Notes: a model not told the origin generated them from the sequence alone. A stretch of DNA of 64,000 bases from the human T2T-CHM13v2.0 reference genome, Homo sapiens (GCF_009914755.1 NC_060931.1), one strand, 5' to 3'. Positions 16,091 through 31,600 are shown, counted from the first letter of the stretch. Made by a program: numbers and translations.

Positions 16091-16702
16091 TTTATACAGT
16101 TGGCAGCACAGTAGGCTGTTTACACCAGTATCACCACAAACACATGAATAATGCATTGCACTTGGCTGTTAGAACAGCTACGGTGTCACTAGGCGATAAG
16201 AAATTTTTAGTTTCATTATAATCTTCTGAGACTACCATCGTATATGAGGTTCGTCATTGACTGAAATGTTATGTGGTGCATGACTACTATGATGTAAAAT
16301 TAATAATACTTAAATACTATGATATAAAATCAATATATCTTATGTTATATGGTAAGGGAATAAAAGGAAAAAAGAGATACACAGACACAAATGGATTCAA
16401 GCAACATGCAGAGGACATGCATGACAATTACAGTCCTCAGTCTGTAACTTGTCACGTGATCATAACTGGTATTTATAACTACTTTCTTCCTCTGCCCACT
16501 CTATATTCCCCTTGTGTTCAGCAAGCACTTCAACTGGCTTGGTTCTTTACCTGGTGGAGTGACCCAAATCCTCATTCCTGAAGGATCTGGCCTTTAGCAG
16601 TCCTGCCTGGATTAGGATTTCCATCGACCTAATCACAGGGCATGATAATACTAAGAGATGCCCTAAGGGGTCTCCTGTATTCCAGCCACACTCTTCCTTA
16701 CC

Positions 16703-17036
16703 TCAGTTGTGGAGCTGTAGTCCAATTTCCCCTTGGTAGTCAGGAGCAATCACCCCTGCCAGCACCGTAACTCCTATAACTCCCTTTTTTGCCTCTTGCT
16801 TCAGAGGCATGAGGAGCCCAAAGTGTCTGGGCAGCAGTCTTAACTTCCAGTTCAATGGAATCATTGTGTGTCTCCTGGTAGAAGAATTCCTCCCTCTGGA
16901 AATAAGATCTCTAGGCCAGCAGAGCATAAAATCATGGGAATAGAAGGCAAAACTTCTGCCAGTGAGTCACTAGGAGTGATATTTGGTTGTGCCACTCCCA
17001 TTTCTACCTCTTGATTTATGGACCCATAAATCCTGG
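16703..17036 (-). pseudogene. Degenerate ERV-L integrase C-terminus/dUTPase
   Basis: PLNWKLRLLPRHFGLLMP...VLAGVIAPDYQGEIGLQLHN (dUTPase motif 3, catalytic Asp replaced by Ala) and RIYGSINQEVEMGVA...PEGGILLPGDT; frameshifted. Confidence 0.85.
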
Positions 17037-18270
17037 TGTAAGAGATGGGAAAAACCAAAGGCGTTTGCTACTCTCACACTCAACATATAACACTTCTATG
17101 ACCAGATGTGTGGGTTTTTTCCACACAATGCAATTCTTCAACTCTCTGGATACCAGTTGGGTGTCCTATAATTCAATAAATTCTGACTCTGCCTACATGG
17201 AGTTGGAGTCAGATCCCACAGGTTAAGGGCTCAGTCCCACAAGCCTGTACCCCCTTTAGATGTCAATTACAAGTAGTAGGTTGTCACGTATCACCTATAC
17301 TTGTGACTAATGAGCTATAATTTGGGGTTTCCACCATCCCCTTCTTGGGTTTGCTTAGTTTGCTAGGAAGGCTTTTAGAAGTTAGGGAAACATGTTTACC
17401 AGTTTATTATATTAATAAAGGATTTGTAAAAGGATACAGATGAACAGATACATAGCATGAGGTCTGGAAGGGTCCTGAGCTCCTGAAGGGCCAGGGGCTT
17501 CTGTCTCTGTAGATTTGGGGTGCACCCCCATGTGGATGTGTTAGGCAGCTCGGAAGCTCTCAGAACTCCATAGTTTAGGGGTTTTTATGGGGCTCTATCA
17601 TGTAGGCATTATCAATTATTAACATCATTTCCAGCCCCTCTTCCTTCTCTGGAGAACAGGGGGATGAGGTTGAAAGTTCCAAGCTTCTAGTCATGGCTTG
17701 GTCTTCCTGGGCAGCAGCCCCCATCCAAAAGCCCCACCAAGAGTCACCTCATTTGAGCCAAAGATGCTCCAGTTACTCCTATTGATCCATAGTCCTGACA
17801 CACAGCTCCTAAATACCGCCTATACCTCAACTTGGAGGTACTAAGGAGCTCTGTGTCAGGAATGGGGATCAAAGATAGAATACAAAATATCCTCCTAGCA
17901 TCCCTATCTGCAAGGTTTTAGGAGATCTATGTGTCTTTTTCTTGTTCTTTTTCCTCCTTTTCTTTTCAAGACAGGTTCTCACTCTGTCATCCAGGCTAGA
18001 GCACAGTGGTGTGATCATGGCTCATTGAAGCCTTGATCTCCTGGGCTCAAGCCATCCTCCCGCCTCAGCCTCCCAAGTAGGTGGGACTACAGGCACATGC
18101 CACCATGCCTGGCTGATTTTTTTATTCTTTTGTAGAGATGGGGTCTCACCATGTTGCCCAGGCCGGTCTCAAACTCCTGAATTGAAGTGATCCTCCTCCC
18201 TTGGCCTCCAAAATGCTGGAAATACAGGCATGAGCCACTGTGCCTGGCCTATATTTCTTCTTATTTCACA
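17037..18270 (-). mobile_element. MER21-family LTR inserted into the ERV-L internal region, containing an AluJ
   Basis: TG...CA ends; MER21 motifs (agtcagatcccacaggttaagggctcagtcccacaag); cctgg/tctgg TSD; ERV-L resumes afterwards. Confidence 0.8.
17935..18249 (-). mobile_element. AluJ
   Basis: Dimeric Alu with J diagnostics (tcctgggctcaagccatcctcc). Confidence 0.9.
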
Positions 18271-18317
18271 TCTGGCTTTAGAAGAAACAGCACCGTGTAT
18301 TATATTTGATGCTGATT

Positions 18318-18410
18318 CACCAACCATCCCAGTTTGCCTGCACTGAAGGGTTTCCCAGGACAGGAGCATTTCCGTGCTAAAAGTAGGACAGTTCCATGCA
18401 AACTAGAGTG
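18318..18410. mobile_element. MER94-like hAT-Blackjack MITE
   Basis: accaaccatcccagtttgcc...actgaagggtttcccaggac...gtgctaaaa...gcaaac. Confidence 0.65.
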
Positions 18411-18549
18411 AAGGAGCTCATTTAAAATTTGACTAGAGATAAACTCAAAGTGGCTCAGGATTTCAATTAACAACCATGGGTTGGTATAGACCACCTTACT
18501 TCTCCCATTGGTCTCTAATAACCAAGTGTAGTTGCTGTTGCTCTTTTGA

Positions 18550-19130
18550 AAATAATTTTTATTTTATATTTAAAAAGAGCTAATATGTGATACAAAGTTA
18601 AAATGTCTTAAAGGGATATGTCTGTAAGAAAGTCTTTCTCCAGTCTTGGCCTCCATCAGTTTTTTTTCTTTGGATGGAAACTGTGACCAGTTTCTCTGTA
18701 TATCTTTTCAAAGATATATTATGCATGTTTAAGGATATAAATCTATTATTTAAAATATACACATGGTTGCATACTATACACAGTGTTCTTCTCCTTGCTT
18801 TTTTCTCTTAACAGTGTATCTCTGAGGTTATTCAACAATGGGTAATAAAGAGCTGCCATTTTTCTTAGTGGTTTAATAGTATTCATTTGCCAGATTTATT
18901 GTCATTTATAAATTTGGCAAGCCACCTACTAACAGACTTAGAGTTTGCCTCTAATTCAGTGTTATTATTAAACAAATGATGCTGTAATGAATCTTTCAGC
19001 AACTGAGTCAAAGGGAATGTGCATTTAAATCTGTGAGATTTAATGTCAAATTGCCACCCATAGAGGCTGTAACAATTTACACTCCTACTGGCTGTATAGA
19101 AAAACACCTGATTCCCCACAGCCTCAGTGG
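18550..19130 (-). mobile_element. Ancient L1M 3' fragment
   Basis: Reverse-complement L1M 3' motifs (catactatacagtgttcttctccttgcttttttctcttaac; gtaacaatttacactcctac). Confidence 0.6.
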
Positions 19131-19597
19131 ACATACACCGTCTTATTCAGCCAAGGTCAAGACTCGGTCAAGCAAATCCTTGTTTTTGCTAGTAAATCAG
19201 ATCTTCTCTCATTTTACTTCCTCACTGGTCTCTACCAAGGCAAAACTAATCCTCCAGCCAAAGCCATTTCCTGCCTTTAGGCTGCCTTTGCTGAGTCAGC
19301 TCATTAGCCTTAATTGTCTTCAAAATGATCCTCAGCTGTGTCATTCTTTCAAGACCTGCAGAGTTATGGGAAATGCTGTCAAAGCCAGGGTGTGTCTGTA
19401 GGGATAGAGTGAGGTCTGTGCAACCAGTAGCCAGAGTCGACAACTGGAGAATAAATCAGCATTTTGGGGGGTCTGAAAATAGGTCAGTCCACAGACAGTG
19501 AGGAGATGGAGAGCTTTATGCCAGGCACACACTAGAATTTCGACTTCATGCTTTTTAATATCCATAGTGAGTACTTGGGAGTGTACAGGATATCTTT

Positions 19598-19672
19598 TTT
19601 TTTCTTTTTTTGTTAATTAAAGTTCTGGGGTACATATGCAGAATGTGCAGTTTTGTTACCTAGTTATACACG
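19598..19672 (-). mobile_element. Extremely 5'-truncated L1PA (~55 nt + poly(A))
   Basis: aagttctggggtacatatgcagaatgtgcagttttgttac; 21-bp TSD gggagtgyacaggatatcttt at 19577-19597 and 19673-19693. Confidence 0.9.
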
Positions 19673-20327
19673 GGGAGTGCACAGGATATCTTTGTGGGGT
19701 GGTGATATTGCCTGATCCAAATCTCCACCATCCATACCTCTCACCTCCACATGTTTTGTTTACATGGAGAAGGAGATGTGACTCACTCTCTCTTTCCCGG
19801 TCTCCTCCATCCACTGGTGTGCTGGAGTGAGCTCACACAGCATGCGAGAGATGATGAGTTTTTAGGAATTTTCCAAGCTGTTTGTTAAATATAGCCATTA
19901 TTAAAAATTAGATAAATTTATAATTAAATATATTTATTACAAAGGTCATAGATACTCAAAACACATTCCTGCTGAATTATTTCCCTACATTTTATTTCTG
20001 CTTTAGAGGATTTTTACATCTCTTGTGTCTATATGGTGGAAATACTATGCAATGTTGTGCTACGGTATACCTCTTATCAACTATGTGGTTGGTGACTTCA
20101 CGCTGGTGGCTTGAAACTGACCATGGTAGGAGTATGTGCACCACAGAATTGGCAAATACTACAAATCAGTGCTTGATTTATTGTTTTGTTGGCCATCTAG
20201 ACTTAAACAAGTAAAGGGGAAAATGTGAATCATTCAGATTAAACTTAAAAATGTGTCATGACCAGTGCTGAAGCTGAAAGAAGATTCAGTTCAGTGAACA
20301 TAATTTGTACAAGAGTGGGGTTATCAC

Positions 20328-22512
20328 TGTTACTGGATCCTTGGGGTGTTGCTTTGCCAGCCAGAAACTTCTGTTGCCAGTGGCACCTTTGCCCAAGTTT
20401 TGCTCTGGCCTGCTGGGCTTGTAACACCCGCTCAGCCTGGCAGGTTGCGCTCAGCTCATGCTACTGGCCTGGATCCTGCACCTGCCAAGGGTGAGCCAGG
20501 CAGGAGCAGTGAGGGGTGTTTAAGTGAGCGTGGGGTCTGGCCACTGCGTACAGCCAGACATACCAACTACATTGGGGCAGGCAGCTCCAGGTGCTGGCAT
20601 GGGCACCGGCTCCCTGCAAGGCTGCAGCTAGACCAGGCATACTTTAAGCAACTTCCATGGCTGACACCAGGGAATGTGGTGGCACCTGGAAGCTTGGAGA
20701 TGCCAGGAACCACAGAGCCCTAAAAAGGGTTGCTCAGGGATCTCCTAGGTCTGGGATCCCTGAAGGGCTGCAGCTCTTCTCTCCTTCTCTCTTCTCTCCT
20801 TCTTGTTGCCTACAAAGTGGTGAGCAAAGGGCATATTTCAGCTCTGTCTGTGTTACAGCTCTTTTAGCTCTGCCATTAGATGGATCCTGAGTTCTTGTCC
20901 TGTGTCCAGGAAGAATGAGGTACACAGAAAAGTGGAGGGTGAGCAAGATGAAGAGGAGCTTTACTGAACAATAGAACAGCTCAGAGGAGACCCACAGTGG
21001 GTAGCTCCTCTTCATAGCCAGGGTGTCCCAGTGAGTGTTCAGCTCTCAGTGGAGAGGGTAGCTCCTCTCGGCAGCTGGCTATCCATCATCTCTCTGTCCT
21101 CTCTTCGAGTCCAGCTGAATCTGAGGTTTTTATGGGCCTCAGAGGGGAGGAAGTGCATGCTGATTGATCCATGGGTGGCCATGGGCGGGCCCTGGGAAAA
21201 GCACCACAAGTTCCCCTCTGGTTTGTGGGACTGGCAGCCCAGCCCCCAGGGTTCAGGCCCTCCTTGGCTTGAAAGTGGGTCTTCACCAGAGACCCACCCC
21301 CTTCCACTCAGGAGCTGTCTGCCTCCTGCCACTGCTCATGGCATCCAGGCTGTTCATGCCAAGGGGCTCCTGCAGGCCAGAGCCTGGCTGTCCTCAGCTC
21401 TCCCTTAGCCTCCCTTCCATGCTTATTGGTGCCTAAAGTCCAGAGGGGGCTTCAGCAGTAGGGGGTGGTGTGTCAGTGCTGCCCTGGCATGTGTACACCC
21501 AGCTGGGCTGCTACAGCACCTGGGCTTGGCCCCTACTTTGCTTTGAGATTGGAGTGGGCACTGACAGTGGAGAGAAGCCAGGCAGTGGGAGCAGAAACTT
21601 TTGAGCCTGTGGGGGGCAGGAGGACCTTCCTAGGTCCCTAAGAGTGTAGAGATGTTTGGGTCTGCAGTCATGGCAGGGTGGCTGCAGCTGCACCTGGGGA
21701 GCTCTTGCCCTGCCAACTTAGAAGGGGTGAGGCTCCCACTTTTCCCTGGCTCCTGCCAGCTCATGGAGCATGCAGCCCTGGCTATACCTCCTTGCAGCCT
21801 GGGGTGGGGTTTCCAGGTCCTCTCTGGGCCTGGGCCAGCGTCCAGGCCAGAGGCGATGCTGCTGTGAGTTTTTCCTGTGGCCCTGGTGCTCAGGGATGGC
21901 CTGGGGCTCCCCTTTGCCCAGCTTGTGGCCCTGCCTGCCCAGGGAGGCACCACTGGGAGTGGATCTTGGGCCCCAGATCCGGTCATTGGGAGCATCAGGC
22001 TCAGCGGTCACCTCAATGAGGGACGGATCCTGGGGATGTAGCCTCAGGCGGACCCATGCAGAGCCTCTTCCTGAGGTGCAGGGACTTGGAACTGTCAGTG
22101 GGGTGGGTGTGGTGGCCATGTCACTGGCCAGGTCCTTAAAGTGGGCACCTCTCCCACTTCCCATTCTGGGCCCCTGAAGTATGGCCCCAGCTCCACATTT
22201 CAAGTCTGATCCCATGCTCCACGTGCAAGTAGGGCACTGCCCCGGGCCCAGCTCTGCCTCGGGGCCCCTCTCTGCCAGCTACTCTGTGCCTGACTGACTG
22301 CTCTCCCACTGGTGGGTTGCTCAGCCTGGCCCCATGGCAGCAGCTCCCAGGGGCAGGTTCCCAGGGCGGTGGGTTCAGGAGGACTCCCAGGGATGGGCTC
22401 TGGGGACTGCCCACCTCAGCATCTGCACCTGAGGACCCATGGCCTTCTCCTGTACCCCATTGCAGCCGGCGTCATGGCAGTGGCTGCTTCAGACAGGCTG
22501 CCACTGCCGTCA
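20328..22512 (-). mobile_element. MER52 (MER52D-sized) ERV1 solo LTR, ~2.2 kb, GC-rich
   Basis: Minus strand starts tgacggcagtggcagcctgtctgaagcagccactgccatgacgccggctgc and ends caacaccccaaggatccagtaaca; 4-bp TSD tcac/tcag. Confidence 0.85.
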
Positions 22513-22735
22513 TCAGTACCTCTCATCAGATGTAAAGAGTTAACCGTGAGATGCAACTCCATTTGTCAAATCATGGTTAAATTGCAGCCATTGTTTAGTA
22601 AAAGATACAAGGCTTCAGCAAAAATCAATGAAAGCATTCTGAGAGAATCAATTGATCCTATGGGATCTCCAGTAAAGATTATCATGTATTTTATTATTAT
22701 TTGTAAATTGTGTCACCCATCCCTTGTATCAGTAA

Positions 22736-22936
<201 letters not shown>

Positions 22937-23353
22937 TAAGTGTTTATGAGCACACTACTGTCTCCAGTTTCAGAATTCTGTGACTATATATTGATTTAAT
23001 GCTATTTTCTCAAAATAAACGATGCCATTTTCATTAGTCCACACTGTGTGCAGTGAGGTTGAGAGGTGATGAACAGGATGAGTTTACCTACCCACTGGGT
23101 GTTACTATGACTATGAGTAGCACTGAGGAGCTGGCTAGCTTGGGACCAGGTCTTTTCTTCTGAAACTTCCTTCCGTTCAATGGCCAGAAGTTTTTAGCAA
23201 TTTTCTAATTCAGAAGTTGGGAGCCCTCCTAAATTAGCAAGCCAAGTTCTCATTTATTCACTAAGGTAGCATGTACCAGGGGTCCATTTTAACTTGTAAA
23301 AGTTATCTAGTTTATGGCCAAAGTCACCATATAGAATTATTTTATTAAGATAA

Positions 23354-23708
<355 letters not shown>

Positions 23709-24037
23709 TGACATGGAGTTGATATTTGTTATTTTATTCCTCCCCTGCAGGGAGATTCACACCTTGCCATGTGTAATTCCAGCAGTAGAGCACATTCCTT
23801 GTAACAATGCCCCAAGCCACTGCTCCAGGGACCCTGAAAACCTGTGTTGGTACCCAAAGGCCAGGGTGTCCTAGAGATACATGTCAGGGGTCAGGAATGT
23901 GGGTTTGTGATACTTTTTTGACTTGATGTGTCACCCAGAATTCTTCCAGGCAAACAACAGATACTACCTCTGCTTATGTAAATAGTAAAGAGATTTATTG
24001 AATGGAGAGTAACTAGATTAAGGAAACCCTAGGAAGG

Positions 24038-24273
24038 TATCTTAGCTTAGGCTGTTGTAACAAAACACCATAGACTGGGTGGCTTAAACCACAGATATTT
24101 ATTTCTTACAGTTCTGGAGGCTGGGAAGTCCAAGATCCAGGTGCTGTCAGATTTGGTCCTTGGCGAGGGCTCTCTTCCTCGTTTGTAGACACAGCTGCCT
24201 TGTCACTGTGTGCTCATATGGCCTTTCCTTGGTGTGTGCTTGTGGAGAGGAGAGAAGAGGGGAGGAGAGAGGA

Positions 24274-24312
<39 letters not shown>

Positions 24313-24845
24313 CTCCATCTTCCTCTTCTCATAAGGCACTAATCCCATCATGAGGGCCTGTATTAGTCTGTTTTCATGCTGTTGATAAAGACATACCTGA
24401 GACTGGGTAATTTATAAAGAAAAAGTGGTTTAATGGATTCACAGATCCACGTGGCTGGGAAGGCCTCACAATCATGGTGGAAGGTGAAAGATATGTCTTA
24501 CATGGTGGCAGGCAAGGCATAGAATGAGAACCAAGCAAAAGGGGTTTCTTCTTATAAAACCATCAGATCTCGTGAGACTTATTCACTACCATGAGAACAG
24601 TATGGAGGAAACCACCCTTCTGATTCTGTTATCTCCCACTGGGTCCCTTCCACAACATGTGGGAATTATGGGAGCTACAATTTAAGATGAGATTTGGGTG
24701 GGCACACAGCCAAACCATATCAGGACCCCACCTTCACGCCCTAATCTATTACCTCTCAAAGGCCCCACCTCCAAATACCATCATATGAGGGGTTAGGGCT
24801 CCAACATATGAATCTGGGGGGAACACAAATGTTCCGTCCATAACA
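24038..24845 (-). mobile_element. MLT1A0-type MaLR LTR containing (GA)n and a nested THE1B
   Basis: ataacaaaacaccatagactgggtggcttaaa-type start and gtccataaca end; perfect 5-bp TSD gaagg at 24033-24037 and 24846-24850. Confidence 0.85.
24359..24722 (-). mobile_element. THE1B solo LTR
   Basis: tgtattagtctgttttcatgctg...cacagccaaaccatatca; TSD gggcc/ggacc. Confidence 0.92.
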
Positions 24846-26869
24846 GAAGGCCATAGAACCAGGTTTGGAAATCAGGCATGAACAAGAAACTAGGCATCAA
24901 CTAGGACTAAAACCCAAATCACATTCCAAAAAAAACAGCCTGGTGAGGCCCCTGCAATTGCTCTTGCCATTGCTGGACGCTGGACACCTCTGTTTGTACC
25001 ACCTCTGCTGCTGTCCCAGGGCACTTAATGTCCCTACTCCTAGACATTCAAAGCTGCTGCCATGGCTGCTGTCGTGATGCCCTAGGGATGCTCTGCCTCT
25101 TTTCTTTGTGTGTGGAGACCTGAAGGACTTTCCTAAGGCCTGATTGTCCAGAATGCATGAGTCTCAGCCCTTTGCCTGGGCATAGCTGCAAGGGAGGCTG
25201 GGGAAAATACTATTTGGCTTTTTTCAGGATCTCTAGTGGGAAGAGATCTGCTTTCTACTTAGGAGCAGAAGGAAATGTGCTCCAGTGGGATTCAATTGCT
25301 AAGTAGCCAAAAAAGAAATAATATCTATGACATTTGGTCACAGGTACTGCAGATTTATATGCTCTCATGTGCTACAGCTCCCTGCCACATGGGAACTTTC
25401 TGGTCATCTTTAGCTCCATGGAACCACTACTCACTGGGCCTTCATCCTGTTCTCTATTCAAGATGCTCTCGAACCCCCTTCTCTTCTATGGGGGTGAGTC
25501 TGGAAGAGATGCTGGTTTGACCTTGTTCCTGTTGTATGCCCCCACCCTACAGCTCCCCCAAGGCATGCTGGATCATGGTGTTTCTCCTGCCATGTGGCTC
25601 AGACCTCTCCTTACTCAGCAAGCAAAAGGGTGTAATAAACAGGGCTGGGTCCTTACATCTTTGTGCTTCCTGTGGCATCTCCACCACTGCAGCATAAGTC
25701 CGGGGCTAAGACCTTATGTATCATAAGGAGGCAAGCTCTTTTCTTTGTGTTTCATGCAGAAAAGTGCCTCGTAATGACTTTTGGTTAGAAACTATCAAAA
25801 TAAAATGTCAAATTTTTTGGTGCTATAGAGTTTTCAAACATTTCTGCAATAATTGGCTCATTTTACTGTTGTAGCCATCCTCTGGTTATTATTTCCGTTG
25901 TGGAGATCAGGCTGGTGAGACCTAAAGGGCCCGAGGTTGCACAGTTGCTAATAGGCAGGGCTGGACTTGGCCCCAGTTTTTCTTACACCTCACTTGATGC
26001 TCCACGGACTGTAACACAGTGCTGTGAGGCTTCTAATGGCAGTATCATGTGCAGCTATAGAGAGGCCAGTCACTCAAGACCCAGTGTCCTTGCTTGACAG
26101 TGGCACCTCCCGTGGAGTTTGCAGGGCTTTGAAGGCCCCTCTGTGCTAGCTGGCATCCTGTCCAGAGCTCTGTCCTGGCCCCTGGGCCAGCACATATGAG
26201 CCAGATTCCCCTTGCAGGTGGAGGGAATCTCTCAGCCAGAGCAGTGTCCTGGGTCTCCCCAGTCTCCTCCTCACCTGCAGGGCTCACTCACTCAGCTCAG
26301 GAGGCTCTTCCTCTCCTGCTGGTTAATGGAATCTTCAGAGGCAGGCCAGAGCAGCTGGTGAAGTGGCCACAGTCCTCTAAGAGGAGCCCAGTGGGTGGAA
26401 TTCACAACAACCCCAGCCCTGAGGTTTGGAAGACAAACGACTTCTGTTTCAGACAAATGGGAGTGTCAAGTTATTCCAGCCTGATGAGATTACAGCTCAG
26501 GGGATCACGAGGAATTAATTCCTCCAGAAGAGGAAAAAAAAAACAGCTAGCCCAGGAGCTGTCAGGGCCTCCTGCTGAAGGTAATGTGGGGTCACAGGCT
26601 GAAAGGATCCAGGTGAGGACAGGATTAGAGCAAAAGGGAGCTGGCATATAAAACAAGCCTAGAAAATAGGAAGCCATGAGCCCAGGGAACGTCAGGAAGG
26701 TTTGCAAGCAGAAGCATGACTTTGACTATACAGGGATGCCAGCTTCTGGGTCTCTTTCCTCTGTAAAGACACAATGGAGGAGAGATAAGAGTCTAAAAGA
26801 AATGTAAATGAGGTGGGGCTGTCAAAGGAAAGAACATGGTGGAAAGAGAGGAACACAAAGATATGGGGG

Positions 26870-27266
26870 AAAGTGAGACACTTGCCTCAGGCCTAGAATA
26901 TAATGGGGCACCCACAATTTTGGAAATCAAGATAAATAACATTTTAAGGCACTATTTATAAAACCTAAAATCAATGCAAAATAATCTATGATGAGGAAAA
27001 TGCCCAACATTGTAAAGAAAGACAGGATCAGTAACAGTGGTGTACTGAGCCACATTGGAACCTTAGGCAACAAGAAAAATCAGTAGTATTGATCCTGTCT
27101 TTCTTCAAAATGTTGGCATTTTGTTATCATGATTGTTTTGCATTCATTTTGACTTTTAAAAAATATTGAATTACAGTATCAGTCATCTTGATGGCTGAGT
27201 TTTTTGGTGCCCTCTTAAATGTTGTGTCTGAGGCAAAAACCTTGCCTCAGCCTAGTCCCAGCCCTG
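26870..27266. mobile_element. MER96B palindromic hAT MITE
   Basis: Long internal inverted repeat (aaagacaggatca ... tgatcctgtcttt); ends cctagtcccagccctg. Confidence 0.8.
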
Positions 27267-27654
27267 ATGCATAGTCCTTTATACCCAGTGGCTCATCCTG
27301 GCCACGGTGCAGAATGGAGCTGCAAAACAGTTTTCCAGAACCACAGGAAGACCCCTTGGCGGTCTTTGATTTAATGTTTGTCCTTATTTGGGGTTGTTTT
27401 ACCATTTGTTAGACCAGCTGACAAAGAGTCCCCTGAGTGCAGTGTGACACTGGCACAGATCTGTGAAGGAGCTGCTGGCATTGGCGTTTGATCTGTGACA
27501 AAGAGATACCATCCTGATCAATGGGATGCTAATTGTTCTGAGCAGGAATTGCACCTGCAGGCACTCTTGATCCTAAATTTCATTAGCAGTACTTAATTCT
27601 ACCCAGTCCCCTTCATTTTCTTAGCAAATGAGTTTCTTTTCCATAAAGCAAACT

Positions 27655-28334
<680 letters not shown>

Positions 28335-29060
28335 ACAAACTTACAAGATCTTGGTAACTTTCTCCGATCCTTGTTTTTTTGCTTTGTTTTGTTGTTATCA
28401 TCAGTAAGAAGAAAGTAGCCCCAGCCTTGGAGTAAAATGTGACTTGCATTCTGATACAATAACTTTGGACAGCTTGAGCACATGCTGGAATTGCAGAAAT
28501 GGGTTCATCTGAGGAACAAAGCAGTTCTTCTCTATTTGTTGATCAAGAGAGGAAAGTGAAAGTGCTACTGACACCCATGGTGATCACCAAGCACCCTCTG
28601 GGCTCAGAAGGTGCCTTTGAGAACAGACACCTTTGGGAGGCCCCAGACAGGTGCTCTCCATTCACTTCTTGGGAGTTCTCCTGACAGAGCAAATCACTCC
28701 TTGGTTTTTTAGATAAAATGTGGGATTCCCAGGTTGTAATTTTCCATTCCCATTTTGGAAAGTCTCTTATCCTTGCAATGAAGCTCTGTGCTCCAAGGTC
28801 GGCAAATAGTCTCTTTTGTTCTTATGCTGGTCCTAGGCCATAGCAGCTTTCTCTTTGCTCCTCATCTCACCCCAGGGACTTTCTGTTGTCTTTTCACTTG
28901 GTTGGAAACTGGCTAGGAACTGGAAATGGAGCACAGAATGACATTTTACCATTGACTTGAGGATGGGTGAGCACTTAGCTTTTTGCTTCAGTTTTTTCAA
29001 TGGCTCAATATTAACATCTGACTTCCCACTACCTTTTGTTTCTATTAAGAAGAATGCCTT

Positions 29061-29460
<400 letters not shown>

Positions 29461-30249
29461 ACAGTTGAGGACACAGACAAGTCAGAGGCTTTGATGAAAG
29501 TATTCATTTAGTACAGCACCTGGTACAAATGGCAGTCATTTTTTCCATCCTCTTTCCGTCTCCCTGCTTCCCCCTCCTCCTCATCATCACCATGCATTGT
29601 CCGGGGCCTTGGGGATACAAAGATGAAGAAGCTATAATTCCTTTCCTCAATTTACTAAAAATCTAGAGGGCAAGTAGACATGTTAACTCTAATTTGTGTG
29701 GATTAGATAAAAGCGATCACACCCATCTTCTCAGTTATTCCTCTCAACAACCTGTGAGGTGTGGGGTGTTCGCATTTTGCGGATTAGGAAACAAAGGCTC
29801 AGAACACTCACAGGACGTCTTTCAGATATGCAACATGTAAAGCAAAGTCAAGATTTAAAGGTATCCTGATGCCAAAGTCTGAGCTGCTCTGTCTTATGAA
29901 GGTGTTGAGCAACATTTGTCAAATGAATATTCTTTCATGGGATGCATTGTAAATGCCCAGAACAGATAGAGGAGGGGGCACAAGAGATGCTTAAAAGATT
30001 TTAAAATAATTTCTACATTCCTGTAACCCATACATATACCAGAAAAGAGAAAGAGAAAACAGCATCCAAAAACTATCTTCTGGGAATCAGTTAAGCAGAG
30101 AAAGACACAAACTCAGTCAAGATTCCAGCTTTTGCAAAATATTACATTACCAGATGATGACTGATGGCTGAAAACTGTTTTCTTCTGTTGGGAGGGTTTG
30201 GCTGTACTGTCCTGAGTTACTGTGTATTTTATAGGATAATCACCTCTTC

Positions 30250-30833
30250 TCTCACTGTTGCCCAGGTTGGAGTGCAGTGGCTTGACCATAGCGCACTGCA
30301 GTGTTGAACTCCTGGATTCAAGCCATCTTCCTGCTTCAGCCTCATGAATAGCTGAGACTACAGGCATGTGCCATGATGCCTGGCTGTTTTCTTCTTCTTC
30401 TTCCTCTTTTTTTTTTTTTGAGACAGAGTCTCGCTCTTTTGCCCAGGCTGGAGTGCAGAGGCACGATCTCGGCTCATTGCAACCTCCGCCTCCCAGGTTC
30501 AAGCAATTCTCTGCCTCAGCCTCCCGAGTAGCTGGAATTACAGGTGCCCACCACCACACCTGGCTAACTTTTTTGTATTTTTAGCAGAGACGGGATTTCA
30601 CCATGTTGGCCAGGCTGGTCTGGAACTCCTGACTTCATGATCCACCTGCCTCGGCCTCCCAAAATGCTGGGATTACAGGCATGAGCCACCGCGCCTGGCC
30701 GATTTATTCTTTTAGTAGAGTTGGAGTCTCACTATGTTGCCTAGGCTGGTCTCAAACTCCTGGGCTCAAGTAATCCTCCCACCTTGGCCTCCCAAAGTTC
30801 TGGGATTACAGGTGTGAGCCAATGTGTCTGGCC
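30250..30833 (-). mobile_element. AluJ with an AluS (~30390-30700) inserted in its A-rich linker
   Basis: J right arm 30250-30389, complete S element, J left arm 30701-30833, all in the same orientation. Confidence 0.88.
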
Positions 30834-31070
30834 AATTCTTTTTTGTTCTTATATGAAGGAACAAATTTGGGTGAGTGATGGAGAAGCCGAGGTGGGAAGA
30901 CAGCTGAGACAGAGGCGGGGCTAGTGGTTACTTTCAGTTCTTAGGAGTATTTGATGAAAACTTTACACCCTCTGGCTGTCAGGTCTATCTAGGGCCTCAA
31001 AATATATCTTAGCATATTCTAAAGTGACAGGTTTTCTCCCAACATGAAAATTGCTTTTTTAAAAATTATA

Positions 31071-31600
<530 letters not shown>

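Noticed and set aside
16285-16335. Short direct repeat tactatgat...aaaat
   Set aside because: Appears to be intrinsic to the ERV-L 3' internal sequence as I recall it.
26196-26651. 151-aa ORF in apparently unique DNA
   Set aside because: No recognisable homology, domain or exon structure; the length is within chance for GC-richer DNA.
26870-27266. Large inverted repeat as a novel structured RNA
   Set aside because: Explained by the palindromic MER96B MITE.
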